Shown piece by piece: positions 25,534-39,838 of a stretch of DNA of 64,000 bases. Location of the stretch: the NCBI RefSeq assembly GCF_006345805.1, contig NC_042998.1, positions 72,168,001 to 72,232,000 of the forward strand. Direction: 5' to 3'. The position numbers and the translations under genes are program-made. This DNA is from Octopus sinensis. Taxonomy: Eukaryota. Below the pieces are notes generated by a model. That model saw only the letters and a program-made list of their open reading frames with translations. It did not search any database and was not told the origin of the DNA. Each line of letters starts with the position of its first letter. Position 1 is the first letter of the stretch.

Positions 25534-27824
25534 ACTGCTTATGATTTTTATTATTATTTACATAATTTTCACTCTTCACTACTTCTCCATTTCATGCAGA
25601 AAACGCAAGTCTGTTTAAGGAACAGCGTGAAATTTTAGCTCTTAAATCTTACGGAAAAGCGTGAATAGGTTGGTGTAATCGTTTAGCATACACTTACCGC
25701 TAATATAAGATGTGTATGTTCGTTTCTAATGCGTACTAATTCCCACTTTTCTTAGTCGAGGGCTTATTGGGTAGATATTAGACTCTTTTCTTTAGCCAAT
25801 GTGCGGTGATCACTAATAAGTCTAAGCTTATAACTATTATCTTTATACAATTTTCACTCTCCATCGCTTCTCCATTTATCGTGCTCATAAACACACACAT
25901 ACACATACACACATGTATACATATATACCTACATACACACATGTTTCTGAGACATAATCTGACAATTTATTTATAATAAATGAAGCATGTAAGCAAAGGA
26001 TATGATATTCATATTACTGGTGGAAACATAACACCTAGAGAATTGTGTGGAAATATTTCAAAGTTAATTACACTGGAGAAAATGTAGGGATGTCTTTCAT
26101 TGTGTTGGTTTTCACTTTTTCGTATATATTGCTGTATATGCTTGGAGGTTACCTAGACTTGATACGGTGATTGTCTATAAAATAAAACAATAAGCATTGG
26201 ATATTTGTATATTGATGGTGGACATGGAGAATTTAGCACGCCAATAAGCAGTCAACCGCTATGGAATATAGAAGTATTTCTCATATTCCAACCACTTATT
26301 TTACATAATCTATATAAAGAAATAAATAGCAGTTTATTATATGATTACCAATTTTGTACTGTCACATGGCTTAAAAATAAACAAGAATCGCCACAAGAAA
26401 GCGGTAGAGAAATCAGAAACAAGGAAAGAGTAAACATTGTTTTATAACAAAAAGTTTAATTGTGTTCCATGAAGTAAGTATATTCATAGTTTACATGAAT
26501 ATTTTATTAATCAAGCTCAGCGTTCTCTTTATATGACATGTCTACGAGTAGCATAAACAAAATTCGAAGTCTTTCTGAACCTTTGCATTTCTTGTGTACT
26601 TTCCGTAACCACTTTCATATCACTCATCTTTTGTGTATAGTTCTATAAAAAACACTTATCCAAAGTAAAAATTTCTTACATTCACATGATTAATATTTCT
26701 GCGTGTTGGTATGAGTTGGCATATGTAAGGCTAATGCTTTTATCTGACTCACGTATGAACGAATAAAGCAATAAAATGCAGTAGGCAATCGATCGAAGCG
26801 TGCACACTCTCTTGGCATTCGGAGAATATAAGTGATGCTATTACCTTCTTTTTTATATTTTCTCCCCATCGGATATCTCTCAATGTATAGAGTTGCCCTA
26901 TAATTGCGAGTTGCATGCTTGAACGAAACTCAGGCAAGGTATTACACATAATGCATTATCAATTGTACAGCTATTAATGCTAGTGTGCGGACGGCAGATT
27001 TCTCGTTTTCGTTTACGTCTAAACCAATCACAACTAGATTCTTGAGTTACTTCAAGGAAACTAATCTATAGGAAAGTTGTACTGAACAAAATCATATGTT
27101 GCATTTCTATTATTTTATACATTAGCACAGGATGGAACAAGGCGTTCTTCTTCATATAGACTTATTGATCATTGGTAGAGCTAAGTACAACTAAAATATC
27201 TGCGAAGGTAGCAGAAAGTGATTGCTGGTAATGCAGAAAGAAAGATAACAATAAAAAAATAAATGATCACCATGAAAATATCAATATCCAATACAAATCA
27301 CTTTTACAGCAAATATCTTGTCAATTACAGCAACTATGTCAGTAAATAAATATTCTTAAAATCGATATTCGCTGCATTTTTCTATTCATGCCAATATTTG
27401 AGTTCTTTTTATATTACGGAATCTTACCATTTATTCTGTTATTACAAAGGGTTACGCTGCAGCATGAAAATGTATTATGTGTGTTTTCCTTTTAGCAAAG
27501 ATATTTTAATTTATTTTCACAAGATTGAATATTTAAGAATATACAGCAAGATTTTTCGCTTCAGATTTAGTTGAGAGGAGGTATTTTCTACATTGGAATA
27601 TTATCCTTTATTCAAAACACTTAAAGCGGTGATTCGCACCTGTATTATGTTAAACACATCCACACAACGGCATTAGCAAGTACACATCCTCAACTAAAAC
27701 GAAAATATATTTCCAATATTTTGAAGAGAATGATGAATTTAACAATTTTAAGCTAACATGCTTTTCTATCGAGAGATGAATCATTTGAACATTAAAACTT
27801 TCCCCAATGTGTGTGTATGCTTAT

Positions 27825-28005
27825 ATCTACCTACCTACCTACCTACCTACCTACCTACCTACCTACCTACCTACCTACCTACCTACCTACCCACCTACCT
27901 ACCTACCTACCTACATACATACATACATACATACATACCTACCTATCCCACCTACCTACCTACATACAGACTGACTGACTGACCGACCGACAAACCGACT
28001 GACCT
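27825..28005. repeat. (TACC)n/(TACA)n/(GACY)n tetranucleotide microsatellite
   Basis: Directly visible. Confidence 0.95.
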
Positions 28006-28660
28006 GTCTCAACACATTTAGTAGGATTTACGTATTATTATCAGTTTGATACAGCTCCATGCGATTTAAAGTTCTGCAGATTTCTAACAGACATTCGGCC
28101 GGTTCAGTCAGGGATTATCGGTATTCGGTAATCTAAGCCTGAGTGTGCCAAATTACTCTTAGGAGCTTGTGGAAATTTAAGTCTCATAGAGCTCATCAAA
28201 CTGTTTCAAAAAATAATAATAACAATAATAATAATACCTATCCGAGATGTAAGGAAACTCAAGTATAGAAGAAAATCAAAATCTAGTTCGAATGGAATCT
28301 ATTCATATCCTACAAAAGTATTGCCTATGTATTCACGGAAACATTTTAATCTGTAAACAATTTCAAAATAATCTTGGATGTACATAATATCATTACCTTC
28401 GACTGTCAGCTTAACGTCAAACTACCAACTTATAGTAAAATTACTTTTAAAACAACCTTTTAATTTTCATATTTTCCCTCAGATATACTATTGAACAATA
28501 CACTCTAGATAGAGACACTGTAAGACCCTTGAGAGCACTCTGATGACCAGTCTCAGAAAATAAACCAGAGCCAACACGACTGCGCACTCAGAGAAGTAAA
28601 ACAGCAACAACATATTATTCCTGGCTCATATCTTATTGAAGCCGTGAAACAGTTTGTCCC

Positions 28661-29245
28661 AATTAGTGTCTTCAAAATGTTTGGCTTTGCGGTGCTCTTT
28701 TAGCTTGCAGAACAACCAACACTTTCAGGAAGCAACTGTTCTTCACCCTCCCTTGCCCATCACTGATCAGCGTTTGTGACAACATAAAGATGGTTGAGCT
28801 CATTACCCGTACTGCAAGAGTGATTGAGTTTCATGTGGCGTGGGAGGAAATCTTGATCCACTGTTATGATCCAGAGACCAAGAAATAGAGTGCACAAAGG
28901 GAGCAAAGGAGATCCAAAGGGCCATCTCCTTTTTTCGACATCAAAGCATGGTCTACATCTATTGGATTTCATCTAACCAGATAGTCAGCAAAGAATACTT
29001 TCTGGATATTTTGAGAGAGTTCGGGAAATATTACATAAAAAATGGTTAGAGTTTTTCCTTTAGCCTCAGGGGTGGGAATGGCACCTGCACCAAAGTCAAT
29101 GCACCAGTCAACAATTTCTTCCTGGTAACTAGCAACTAGAAAGTGATGGGCAAGGGAGGGTGAAGAACAGTTGCTTCCTGAAAGTGTTAGTTGTTCTGCA
29201 AGCTAAAAGAGCACCGCAAAGCCAAACATTTTCAAGACATTAATT
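28661..29245 (+). mobile_element. Mariner transposase fragment enclosed by 104-bp inverted repeats
   Basis: Arms 28661-28764 and 29142-29245 (3 mismatches seen). Spacer translates IHCYDPETKK..FFDIK..SKEYFLDILRE..EWHLHQ..NAPV. Confidence 0.8.
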
Positions 29246-30262
29246 AGATGAAGAATACTGTGAGAGAGGACTTAAACCCATTCATTTGAATATATTTTAA
29301 GGGGTCCTCACTGAAGTGGATGGAGCACTACAACAAAAGCATTTAAATTAGAGACTCGTACTGTGAAGGAAAATAGAGCTTTGTACATATCTGAAACTAA
29401 TAAATGTCTCTCGTACAAAAGTCTAGATTGCTGGATGGCAACTCGTGTGTGTGTGTGTATGTGAATGTGTATGTGTGTGTGTGTATGTGTATCTATATAT
29501 TTGTGTATATTTATATACATATACATATATGTAGATAGATAGATGGATAGATAGAAATACAAACTTTTATCATGTGTATGTATATACTCTACATATGACT
29601 TCACACAACATTAGGATATAATTGGTGTTAATTTCTCTCCGTTTCCTGCTTTGATTGTTCTCACTTTTAGACATAAGGTGATGATTCTAAAATTCGATTA
29701 TCTTAACACAAGCAAGCAAACAGATCATGCATTACCATATGCACAGAGCTGTACAGGCAAATAGGCACACACACATTATATGCACACATATATATGAATA
29801 GAGAGATACACATACATACATGCATTTATACATACACATATCCATATTACTGTCTTGATATATGTATAGGATTGTGCGCCACATAGACACACTCCTGTCA
29901 ACATCTGAACTGGAGGAGAACTGAGTATTCATCAAAGGTAATTATATCACAGCAGGGTGTCATTTTACGAACGTTTGTACATTGATGACGTCACCAACAC
30001 TCCTAAATTGTATATAACTGCGTAAATGATTTAAATTAATAATTAAGCAAATAATGCTCCTATCGGATATTCTATTTACAATATTTTGAATATGTCTATA
30101 CGATAGTTGTTCATATATAACGAATTTTACTAATTGTATTTGATACTGTAAATTAATTTGAAATAATCATTCATAAGGTCTAATAGTATCAGAATTCCGT
30201 AGATATTTGTCCTGTAAAACCCACTCAAACATAAATAAGCAAACTCAAACACACACATGAGT

Positions 30263-30316
<54 letters not shown>

Positions 30317-30619
30317 GCACACACACATTTTAACGATAATTGCAATATTAATACCACTTAATATCGTACATAAACTAACGTCATTACTTAGGTGAATTAA
30401 CGAAGGAATACATTTTAAAATAACCAAATTAGTGCCTATTAACATATGAATAATTATGCGGTACATAATGTTATGTGTTATCATATGCTTTAAACACATG
30501 TACTCCACTTGCTATAGGGAACTTCGTGACAGTCAACGCATTGTCTTGTAACATGCTTCAAGTCGAAATTCTAATTTTTGCTTCATTGAACGGCGTTACA
30601 TTATTCGAAGTAAGGAAGT

Positions 30620-31090
30620 TTTGGGTTGTCTGGAAAGAACGTGCCGATTTTTAAGGGAAAGAACTAGGTCAATAAATACTTGCTTTTATATTTTTAATCA
30701 ACCAAATATGAACCATCGTGTTGCACAATGTCCATCTTTTCCTCAACTTGAAAATACCCTCTTCCCAGGATTGAGGTGATTTCATGGCAAAGAATTCATC
30801 AAGGTATCTTTTTACGTCATCCAATAAATTGAAATCTTTACCAGTAAGACTATTCTGCAGAGACTTGAATAAGTTAAATCCAAAGGAGCAATATCTGGTG
30901 AATATGGAGGGTGGGGTAACACATCCCAGCAGAGCTGCAGCAATTTTTGTCTGGTTCTCAAAGCATCAAGCGCCGAAAATGAACTTTGGTATCTTCCATT
31001 TTAAAGGTTTACAGAATGAACACAGGTTATTGGAACAAACTTTCTTCCATGAAAAGATAGCTTAAACTGTTCTCTAACCAAACCAACTAC
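30620..31090 (-). mobile_element. Mariner 3' remnant with TIR
   Basis: HPPYSPDIAPLD..LFKSLQNSL..WEEGIFKLRKRW..DGSYLVD*; TIR-like ttgggttgtctggaaagaacgtgccgatttt. Confidence 0.85.
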
Positions 31091-32359
31091 TTGATGCGTT
31101 AAATGAAAGACGTCCCCACAGAATCTAAACCTTTTCTGTGTTATAAAATCGTCTTATCTGGAGTGATTGTATTGGGAGCCGACGTCGATACGATTTAAAT
31201 TCATTTGATTAAAAAAAAACCTATATATCTCAGTATCAATATTTTAATTCTTAATTTGAAATTTTCGCCGATCTTTGCATGTAATATACTATGTTTTATT
31301 GAATACATAAATTAGAAAATAAAAAAATATATATAGTTGATAGAATTTTATATAATAACATCTAATTAGCAATAAATACTTTAGAAATAAAGTTTAATTG
31401 CTTTAACAATCACATTATGAATTATGAATTGGACTTTAACTTATTTTCGCTCTAATGCTGTGGATAATGAAATTTAATTAAGATAGCAAACTTGACTAGC
31501 AAAGTCGACTAGTAAAGCTTGAAAATATACTCATTGTTCTTCATTGTTATTATTCTTTTCATTTACCCTTTTGCGCTCAAGTTTAATATACTATAATTGC
31601 TATGTTTTAAAATCAGTTATTAATTCCTTGTTAAAATTGCACATAGAATTTTGGAGCCAATATAAGTTACAGACACTTTTCATTGAATAAAAATTGAATA
31701 TAATTCATTTACAGATTCCTACCTAAAAGTCAACATTATGTATATGACATTGCCCCACGCATCATTGAATGGTAAAGGCTTCTGATAATTCACATGGCTT
31801 ACAAGTTTACCTCACCTTTTAGGTAATATTTCAATTTTGATACATTTGAATATCTCGTACTTTTTCTTGTTTAAACTCTTCAGATTAACTATAGTCTTTA
31901 TTTTACGTAAATCCCCAATACCATCCATAATACCATCCACAATACGCACGCGCATGCACACCCACAAACACACACAAACGTACAAACATATCAAAATAAA
32001 ACATATGCACACGCACACCCATTATTGTTAGATTGTGAGAAAGATCCACAATTATTTCCGAATGACCGCTCACAGCAATGGATTCTATAAAGATGGTGCA
32101 TTTGTGATTGTGGAACATGCACGAGTCGTAACTGAAGCTATGTGGTAGATTTAATATCTTTGCTATTTTTATTTCTCCAATTTAAATTTATTTCAACTAT
32201 TTTGGTAAGGGATAGAGCTCTAGGTATTTGATTGCAAACTATTTGTTATTTCAACCGTGTTTTATTTGTACATAATATTTTAAGATTATTGTATTATTTG
32301 AGTTCTTAATATTTCTGAATCATGTGATTTATGTATCCCCTGATATTATAGAGTTACTA

Positions 32360-32452
32360 TGTCAGTGAACTGGCAGAAATGGTAGCACACCGGGCAAGAT
32401 GCTTCGCAGCATTTCGTCCGTTAAAACGTTCTGAGTTCAAATTCTGCCACGG
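32360..32452 (+). mobile_element. SINE family A head fragment
   Basis: ctggcagaaatggtagcacaccgggcaagatgc..acgttctgagttcaaattctgcc. Confidence 0.75.
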
Positions 32453-32547
32453 AACATTTTATCGTTCCTAACTGTGACAAAGGGTGTAGAAGCATCTATA
32501 TTGCAAGCCATAAGAGAGTTAAAAACGCTTAATGTCGTATGAGGAGC

Positions 32548-32583
<36 letters not shown>

Positions 32584-32842
32584 AAGTGATATATATATAT
32601 TTATATATATAATTTCTTAAATAAATTTTTTCTCGATATACACATGCTGATATATGACCTTAGTTTGACTCCTTATTCGCATTATCAACGAACATGGAGA
32701 TTAACTATGATCTGTCCAGAGCACTTACTCATTATTACCTGAAAACCTTTGGTTTCATTGACACCATTACCTCTCATTACCTCTCTCTGTCTCTGTCTAT
32801 GTCTCACTCTATATATATTTATATATAGTTTGAATAATGTGA

Positions 32843-34080
32843 GCCCCATATGGAATAATTACCCGTATAATATGTTTTAATTTTTATATTTTTATATTAT
32901 AATTATTAGACACTATCGGTATCAAAGTGTTATTCATTGGTGTATTGTATCTCCGGCTATATAATTTATTATGTTTTTTTTATTATCAATCATGTTCTCT
33001 TTATCAGTATTACGATTACTGTTATAGTAATCATTAGTAATACATATATTATTTTTATCTTTATTTAGATTCTTATATTGTCTTTAATTATTACTCATAT
33101 TCTTGCTGTTAAATTGAGTACTAGGATTACCTGTGGTATTATTAAGCTGTTCGTAATGATTAAAGAATGTTATTTTATAGTCATATACTGTTTCTTTTAA
33201 TACCTTATTATAATATGGGGCATGTCTATTAAAAAAAGTCATAATCAAATGATAGCATAGATATTCTTTTGCCTATATTATCTATTAAAGCTTATTTAAG
33301 TGATCTAGGATGGTTACTGAGAGAACTAATGTACATTATACTTTCATTCCACTTATAGAATGTATCTTATTGATCTTATTAGTGACTAGATTAGCGTTGA
33401 CGTCTAGGTAATTCACAGCATAGTGTTCATTCTCCATAATTATTCCTAAGTCATAATTCTTAAAGATATATACAATTTCTTCTTAAGGCTACCTAAGGAC
33501 CTGCTGCTACAATTCCTGGTTGTATGTAGTATGTGAACAATACTAAAAGACAATATAAGAAACTAAATAAAGATAAAAATAATATATTTATTACTAATGA
33601 TTACAATACTAATAATATTAATACTGATAATCAGAATATGATTAATAATAAGAAACATTATAAATTATATAAGCGGATATATAATACCCCAATGAATAAC
33701 ACTTTGATACTGATAGTGTCTAATAATTATAATATAAAAATGTAAAAATAATAAGGATATTATATGGTTCATTATTCCATATTGGGCTAAAGAGATGACT
33801 AATATTATTAATTAGATACTAAGAAGTGTAAAAGTGACTTTTAAAAAGGACAATATTTATTCTGTTATATTTTCCAATAAAACCATAAGAGTAGGCTACT
33901 CAACATCGAAGAATGTAGGTAATATTATCACCTCAGTAAATAAGATATTAAATAATTATTATAGCAGCACAATAAATAATAGCTCTAGCTATAAATATAA
34001 CCGGTAGTGATGGAAGTCATAATCCACATATAGATAAATGTTCATGTCGGTATAAGATTAAATGTAAACTCTCTAATAAT
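32843..34080. mobile_element. Older Penelope-like element with inverted arrangement
   Basis: Minus 33530-33100: IFKNYDLGIIMENEHYAVNYLDVN..YISSLSNHPRS. Plus 33530-34080: IIPYWAKEMTNI..IFSNKTIRVGYSTSKNVGNII..CSCRYKIKC. Diverged arms ~32843-33100 and ~33530-33789. Confidence 0.75.
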
Positions 34081-34290
34081 TGCAGTTCTCATTTAATTCC
34101 TGATTATCAGTTCTCTCGCGTTAAAATGAATATGCCACTGTTCGTAGTTATCCTACTGCACATGCGATCTATCTTCTCTCATACTTGATATGAATGCTAC
34201 AAAATTGTACTGATTCACTACAAAATGAAAATTATATTTATAGTTTAATTTTTTAATATTGAAAATAAACATGAATTTCATATTCGCATA

Positions 34291-34510
34291 CATACTCTTC
34301 CTACTCTAGGCATAAGGCCCGATACTTTTAGGGAGTGGGACGACCGATTAGATCGAACCCAGTACGCAACTAATACTTAATTTATCGACCTGGAAAGGAT
34401 GAACTGCAAAGTCGACCACGGCGGAATTTGAATTCATAACGTAAAGGCAGACAAAACACCGTTAAGCATTTCGCCCGGCGTCTCTGACGTTTCTGCCAGC
34501 TCGCCGCCTT
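34291..34510 (-). mobile_element. SINE family A, full length, tail type B
   Basis: Minus strand: ggcggcgagctggcagaaacg..gaattcaaattccgccgtggtcgactttg..gggccttatgcctagagtaggaagagta. Confidence 0.9.
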
Positions 34511-35465
34511 ATATATTCGCATATATATTGTAAATTCTGTGGTCCTAACGTTATACAAAATCTTAATATTTTCTGAAATGAAATTATTTCTATCACTTGT
34601 TTACAATATTTCGTTGGTATAATATTCAATTGTAACTTACTTTAGGAATTGCATGAATGCAAGTATATCAAGCGAAGAATATTTCTGCAGAAATTGCTCT
34701 CAGATACATGAAAACGAACAACATTCGACTGAATCTAAATACCGATTACACACCCCGTCCACTTCTGTTGCAAACATTCACCATTTACAGTATTTGATGC
34801 AATACAATTGGGTAATATAAACTGAAGGCAAGTTAAATTCAAATCAAGTGATCTCAGATATTTCGTTTTATTTCTCTATTTAAGATTTTAATTTCACACG
34901 CTGTTCAAGTACACTTCCGAAAGACTTCATCTCAAAATAGTTTAATTGTTACACACCTTATCGAAATAATCCAATAGTAAACTAGTACTACCTATCAGTT
35001 TGCATTAAAATGATTTTAAAAAATGATACTGAAACGTCGCCTAACGAATGTAATGAGAAATCTCACCTCAGTATATATAAAGCAAATTGTGTATCACTTG
35101 ATACAACTCAATCTTTCTCACCTCTTTGTCTCTCGATTAGACTTTATACTCATAAGTTCTGTTCGATTTTACAACGTAATAGAATTATCAGATCTTACTA
35201 CAAATTTTAAATAATTGTGAATCCTCCATTGGTGGAGGAAAATCTGAAACTTTAAGGAATGAAAATTGCTGCATTGCACAAGAGTGACTTTGAAGAAAAT
35301 TTAAATGCCATTTAGTTTCTGATCGACATTGAGAATAATTAATACTAACTGAGTGAAGCAGTTTTCAGTTAACTGAAAGGTTAAATGATATTTTTGAAAT
35401 GGATTGCCCAACTGTATTAACCCCCGTAGCCTGAATAGATAAAAACCAAGGTGATCTCGTATTCA

Positions 35466-35666
35466 TTTATTTCTTTATTGCCCACAGGGGGCTAAATATA
35501 GAGGGGACAAAGAAGGACAGACAGACAGTTCGTAACTGGTACTTTTTTATTCGATCTCGAAAGGACGAAAGGCAAAGTCGACCTTGGCGGAGTTGAACTC
35601 AGAACGTAACGCTAGACGAAATAGCGCTAAGCATTTCTCTCGTTGTGCTAAAGATTCTGCCAGTTC
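35466..35666 (-). mobile_element. SINE family A, tail type A
   Basis: Matches the 37218-37450 copy with an internal deletion. Confidence 0.88.
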
Positions 35667-37217
35667 GTATTAATTTAGTTTAAGAAACGTAATACAAGAA
35701 ACAATATTTAACCTTGAAAACACGAAAAGGTTAAGTTCATACGATAGTGATGAAATTTGATATCGCTCTCACATTGATTTTTACGAATTTGAAATATGTA
35801 TATCTAACTAAATACTAAGTGCTATGTTTTATATTTATATTATTTGTGCATATAATGAAGGTGTTTTCAATCCATTAGGCATCATTAGGCATCATTTCAT
35901 TCATAATTTGAAGTCGCCATGAGAAACATTTATTGGTGAATCTTACTCTTTTAAATGTTATTAGAAATTAATTCTTATGGGTAAATATATATATTAATCT
36001 CATGCTGGTTTTTAAAGAATAATTACTAAAAATAGCAATGAGATATAACTGCAAAATCTATATGACATCGCTTTTGCATTACTCAAGTAATACCACGGTT
36101 ATTGGCTTTCCTGCCATAATGATTCCGATTCGTTTCCTTTTTCTTCAACATCCTAGATTAACTAATACAAAGAGTTCCTTTTCAACAACCAATTTTTTTT
36201 TAAACTATGTTCTGTGATTTGGAGAGAAAGCTGCTAATTTTAACCAGTTGAACATTTAATGCACCACTGTTATGGGCAAAATATGTAATTTCTATTACCA
36301 TTTTTCTGTTTGTTGTTCATTTCAGCATATGTTCAGTATTTGTTACTTTCGCTTAATTTATCAATCTGCAGCCATCTACATCTTCACGAAATGTATATTC
36401 AGGAAATCATTTAAATTCTTTTTTTCCCATTTTTTAATTCCATTATTTCTTCTTAAAAAAGCATCAAATGTTATGCATATTCTTGGTACGATATTTAGTG
36501 TATTATGCACGAAATTTATATTACCTATTATCTTTATACTGTGCTATTGTCATTCAATATGTAAGATACCTTAATTACAGAAGACCTATCATGAAGCATC
36601 TTAATGCCTAATTTCATTCCACAATTGATCCAGGCGTTGCTTAAAGTAGAAGATGTATGTAATATGTATCGGCGTACAAGATCAGGTAAATTTTAAAAAT
36701 ATATGTTGTAATACTCCAAGAACAGTTGCTGAGAAGCATGGAACAGAGGGGATTATTTCTTTTAAAATGCTCTAGTGCATGGCAAATAGAATAAGAAAAA
36801 AAAATGGAAACTTTACTTTTTGCGGAATCGTGCTGCTGATGGAGCTTTTGATGAAATGGTGCTTGGCAAGTGTTCTACATTCACTTGATCACGTGGAGTC
36901 CTTCCCTGCGGACACGCACTAAGAGCAAAGCAGTAAAATGAAAACACATGATGTCTGATGTTCTGTTCTTTCCTCTGTAACGTAATTAGGTGCTTGTGGT
37001 AATATCACGTATATCGGATCTAATGTGCAATGCGATCCATAATTTTTGTATGGTTCGTGTACTGAATTAGGTGACAAAAGCTTTCTAGACTGACGTTTAA
37101 CACCGCTTTAAATATTGAACGAAGATGAGACTCTGTGATGTCCATCACATATTCTTACTAAAATATTCTCCAAAATAAAATTCACTACATTATTTCGGAA
37201 AAAAGTGACCCAATTAA

Positions 37218-37451
37218 TTACCTATTTCTTTATTACCCACAAGGGGCTAAACACAGAGGGGACAAACAAGGACGGACATAGGTATTAAGTCGATTACATC
37301 GACCCCAGTGCGTAACTGGTACTTATTTAATCGACCCCGAAAGGATGAAAGGCAAAGTCGACCAGAGCGGAATTTGAACTCAGAACGTAACGGTAGCCGA
37401 AATACCGCTAGGCAATCCGACCGGCGTGCTAACGATTCTGCCAGCTCGCCT
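37218..37451 (-). mobile_element. SINE family A, full length, tail type A
   Basis: Minus strand: ggcgagctggcagaatcgttagcacgccgg..gagttcaaattccg (B box)..ccccttgtgggtaataaagaaataggta. Confidence 0.92.
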
Positions 37452-39807
37452 ACGTCTCCTTAAACTTGATGTAGAGAAATGAACCAAGAAACCTCATCAG
37501 TTGATTTGCTGATGTACGAAGCAGAAGCTTCAACGCTGGTGAGTAGTTCGAGCAGATTTGTGGTCATCCAAAGATTTTTATCAGAATTTGCTGCAGGTGT
37601 TAATTCAAGGGACAAATATTCGATACACGTATTAAATATATTACAGATCAATATACATGTACCGTCAACATTCTCTGAACCACAAACATTGTCCTCAAAT
37701 TTAAAACTCTTGTCTTTCTATATATCTTTATATATCGGTTAAGCCAATATTGTTTCAGAAGAAACCTCTATATTTTAAAGACATTTTACACAAGACCTTT
37801 CCATCATGAAGAAACGACCAAATATCCACTCAATATTCTCTATACAAGAATCACAGCTTAACCAATTGCATTCGATGTCAACGCAATATTTTATCTTTGA
37901 TTTATGTAACATCCAGCCGGGGGCAGAGATTCCATTATATCAGCATATATAAAAAAACGACTCAGTCGTTCCAGCTACCTTTATTGAAAATGAAAGATAA
38001 ACTATATCCAATTTGAGAAAAAGCAATTTAAGTCACTTAAGCTGATGTGATGGAGAGAGAACATCCTGAATGTTGCTTCAACACACTGTATTCCTCTACT
38101 ATATAGAGGAGTATACTGCTGAGTAATCAGCCATTGTGATATACAACGGATGTCTGTTAGACAGCTCTTAGGTTTGGCTGTATCTGCATGTATATTTCTC
38201 TATTAGTTGACTCTGGTGGTGGAAGAAAAGATTTAATAAACAGTAATATTAGGGAAGCAAATACAACTATGTGTATTATTGAGATTAGAATTCTATGCAT
38301 GCTTCACCTTCTAGATGGGTGTTTTGTCTCACAAGAAATGAATTATTCAGTATGATTTGGGGTAATGATCAGTTTCTGAGATAAACAAAGATATGTTACG
38401 CAAATTTTAATTTAATTATAACTAATGTAAAATATAATCGTGCTGAAGTATATATTAGTCACATTCACATTGAAAACTTCAGTACGTTGAATTATAAATA
38501 AAATTCCTGCTAACTGTGACCGATATGTGCGTATATACATAGAGTATAACCATACAAATTCCTATCATATGTACATGTGAATATTGCATTCGTCATTGTC
38601 ATATATGTTCCTCATTTCCAGCGCAAAGATAACACTACAAAGAAATTCTTCCCAATCCCGCGCGATTTCCCCTATCATATGAAAGTATAGTGTTACTTCG
38701 TTCTGACTTGCACATGTTTTTACACAGAAATATTGGCGGAGGTTGCCATTGCCATCCTTAACTGGATTGCTGTTAGATCACAAGCAGCTCCTTCGGTCTT
38801 CGTCATTTCTTGTTTTTACTCCAGCTGGTTGTCTAAGCCCCCACTTCACAAGAGTAGCCATCTACTGAAGTGTGTGTGTGTGCGTGTGCGCGCACGTGTG
38901 GGGGTAGTGGTTGGGAGCTCGACCATAAAACAGGGTTTACCTGGTACCAGTAGTAGGGCTCATCAGTCGGTAATTTGATCCCTGATCTTACTCAGTGTTG
39001 TATTGAAGAATTTGAAAATTATCGAACACTACCAACCGAAATGTCTCTCAACTTAGAGTTTTACACTGGCAGACGTAAATACAGAATAATAGAAACCAGG
39101 TACATAATCTCTTACACATATGACATCTCACAACTAATGACATCTCAATTCTCCTAATCTATATTTCACTCATATGTGATTGGTTAAATCAAAACAACGG
39201 TAGAAGAGATTTGATCAAAGTGGCACATAGTGTGACAGAACTTAGAACATTGTAGTTGAGAAGTGAATTCCTTAACCACGCAGTCTTGTCTGCACCTTTG
39301 TCATATAAAACGTATTTTCTCCGTTTCAGGTTGTAGTTGTTGACGAAATACATGTTACTGGTATCTATGCTTATTCATCAATCTCAATCGAATATGATTT
39401 GGTATATTCATTCGCACTTTTGTTGATTGTTATATACGTGTATGTAGCCATGAGGATATACATATGCCGCCGCTCTCTCTCTCTCTATCTCTCTAAGTTT
39501 CTCGTTCCATCTCTATCTCTCCCTCGCTCTCACTCGCCTCGCATACACTTGTCGAAGCGGTTACGTGGCAGCTGGATAGACAAAAGAATGCACAAGCACT
39601 TAGCTGGTACTTATTGTCTTCAAGATTGACAGGAATAACATGAAACTATATCTTTTGCTCGAGGTCAGCACATGCCGTCAAATGTAGCAAACGCGCAAAG
39701 TCATATGAACGTGAGGCCAGCGACCTAACCATGCACTTTCATGTATATATGAGCGTAAGTATGTGACTATGTGAGTACACACACACACACACAGAAACGC
39801 AAACAGG

Positions 39808-39838
<31 letters not shown>

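Noticed and set aside
28540-28562. CTGATGA...GAAA spacing like a hammerhead
   Set aside because: No stem II or stem I pairing.
36810-36945. Minus-strand pyrimidine tract + AG with a 34-codon open frame
   Set aside because: No recognisable homology and a weak donor; needs RNA-seq.
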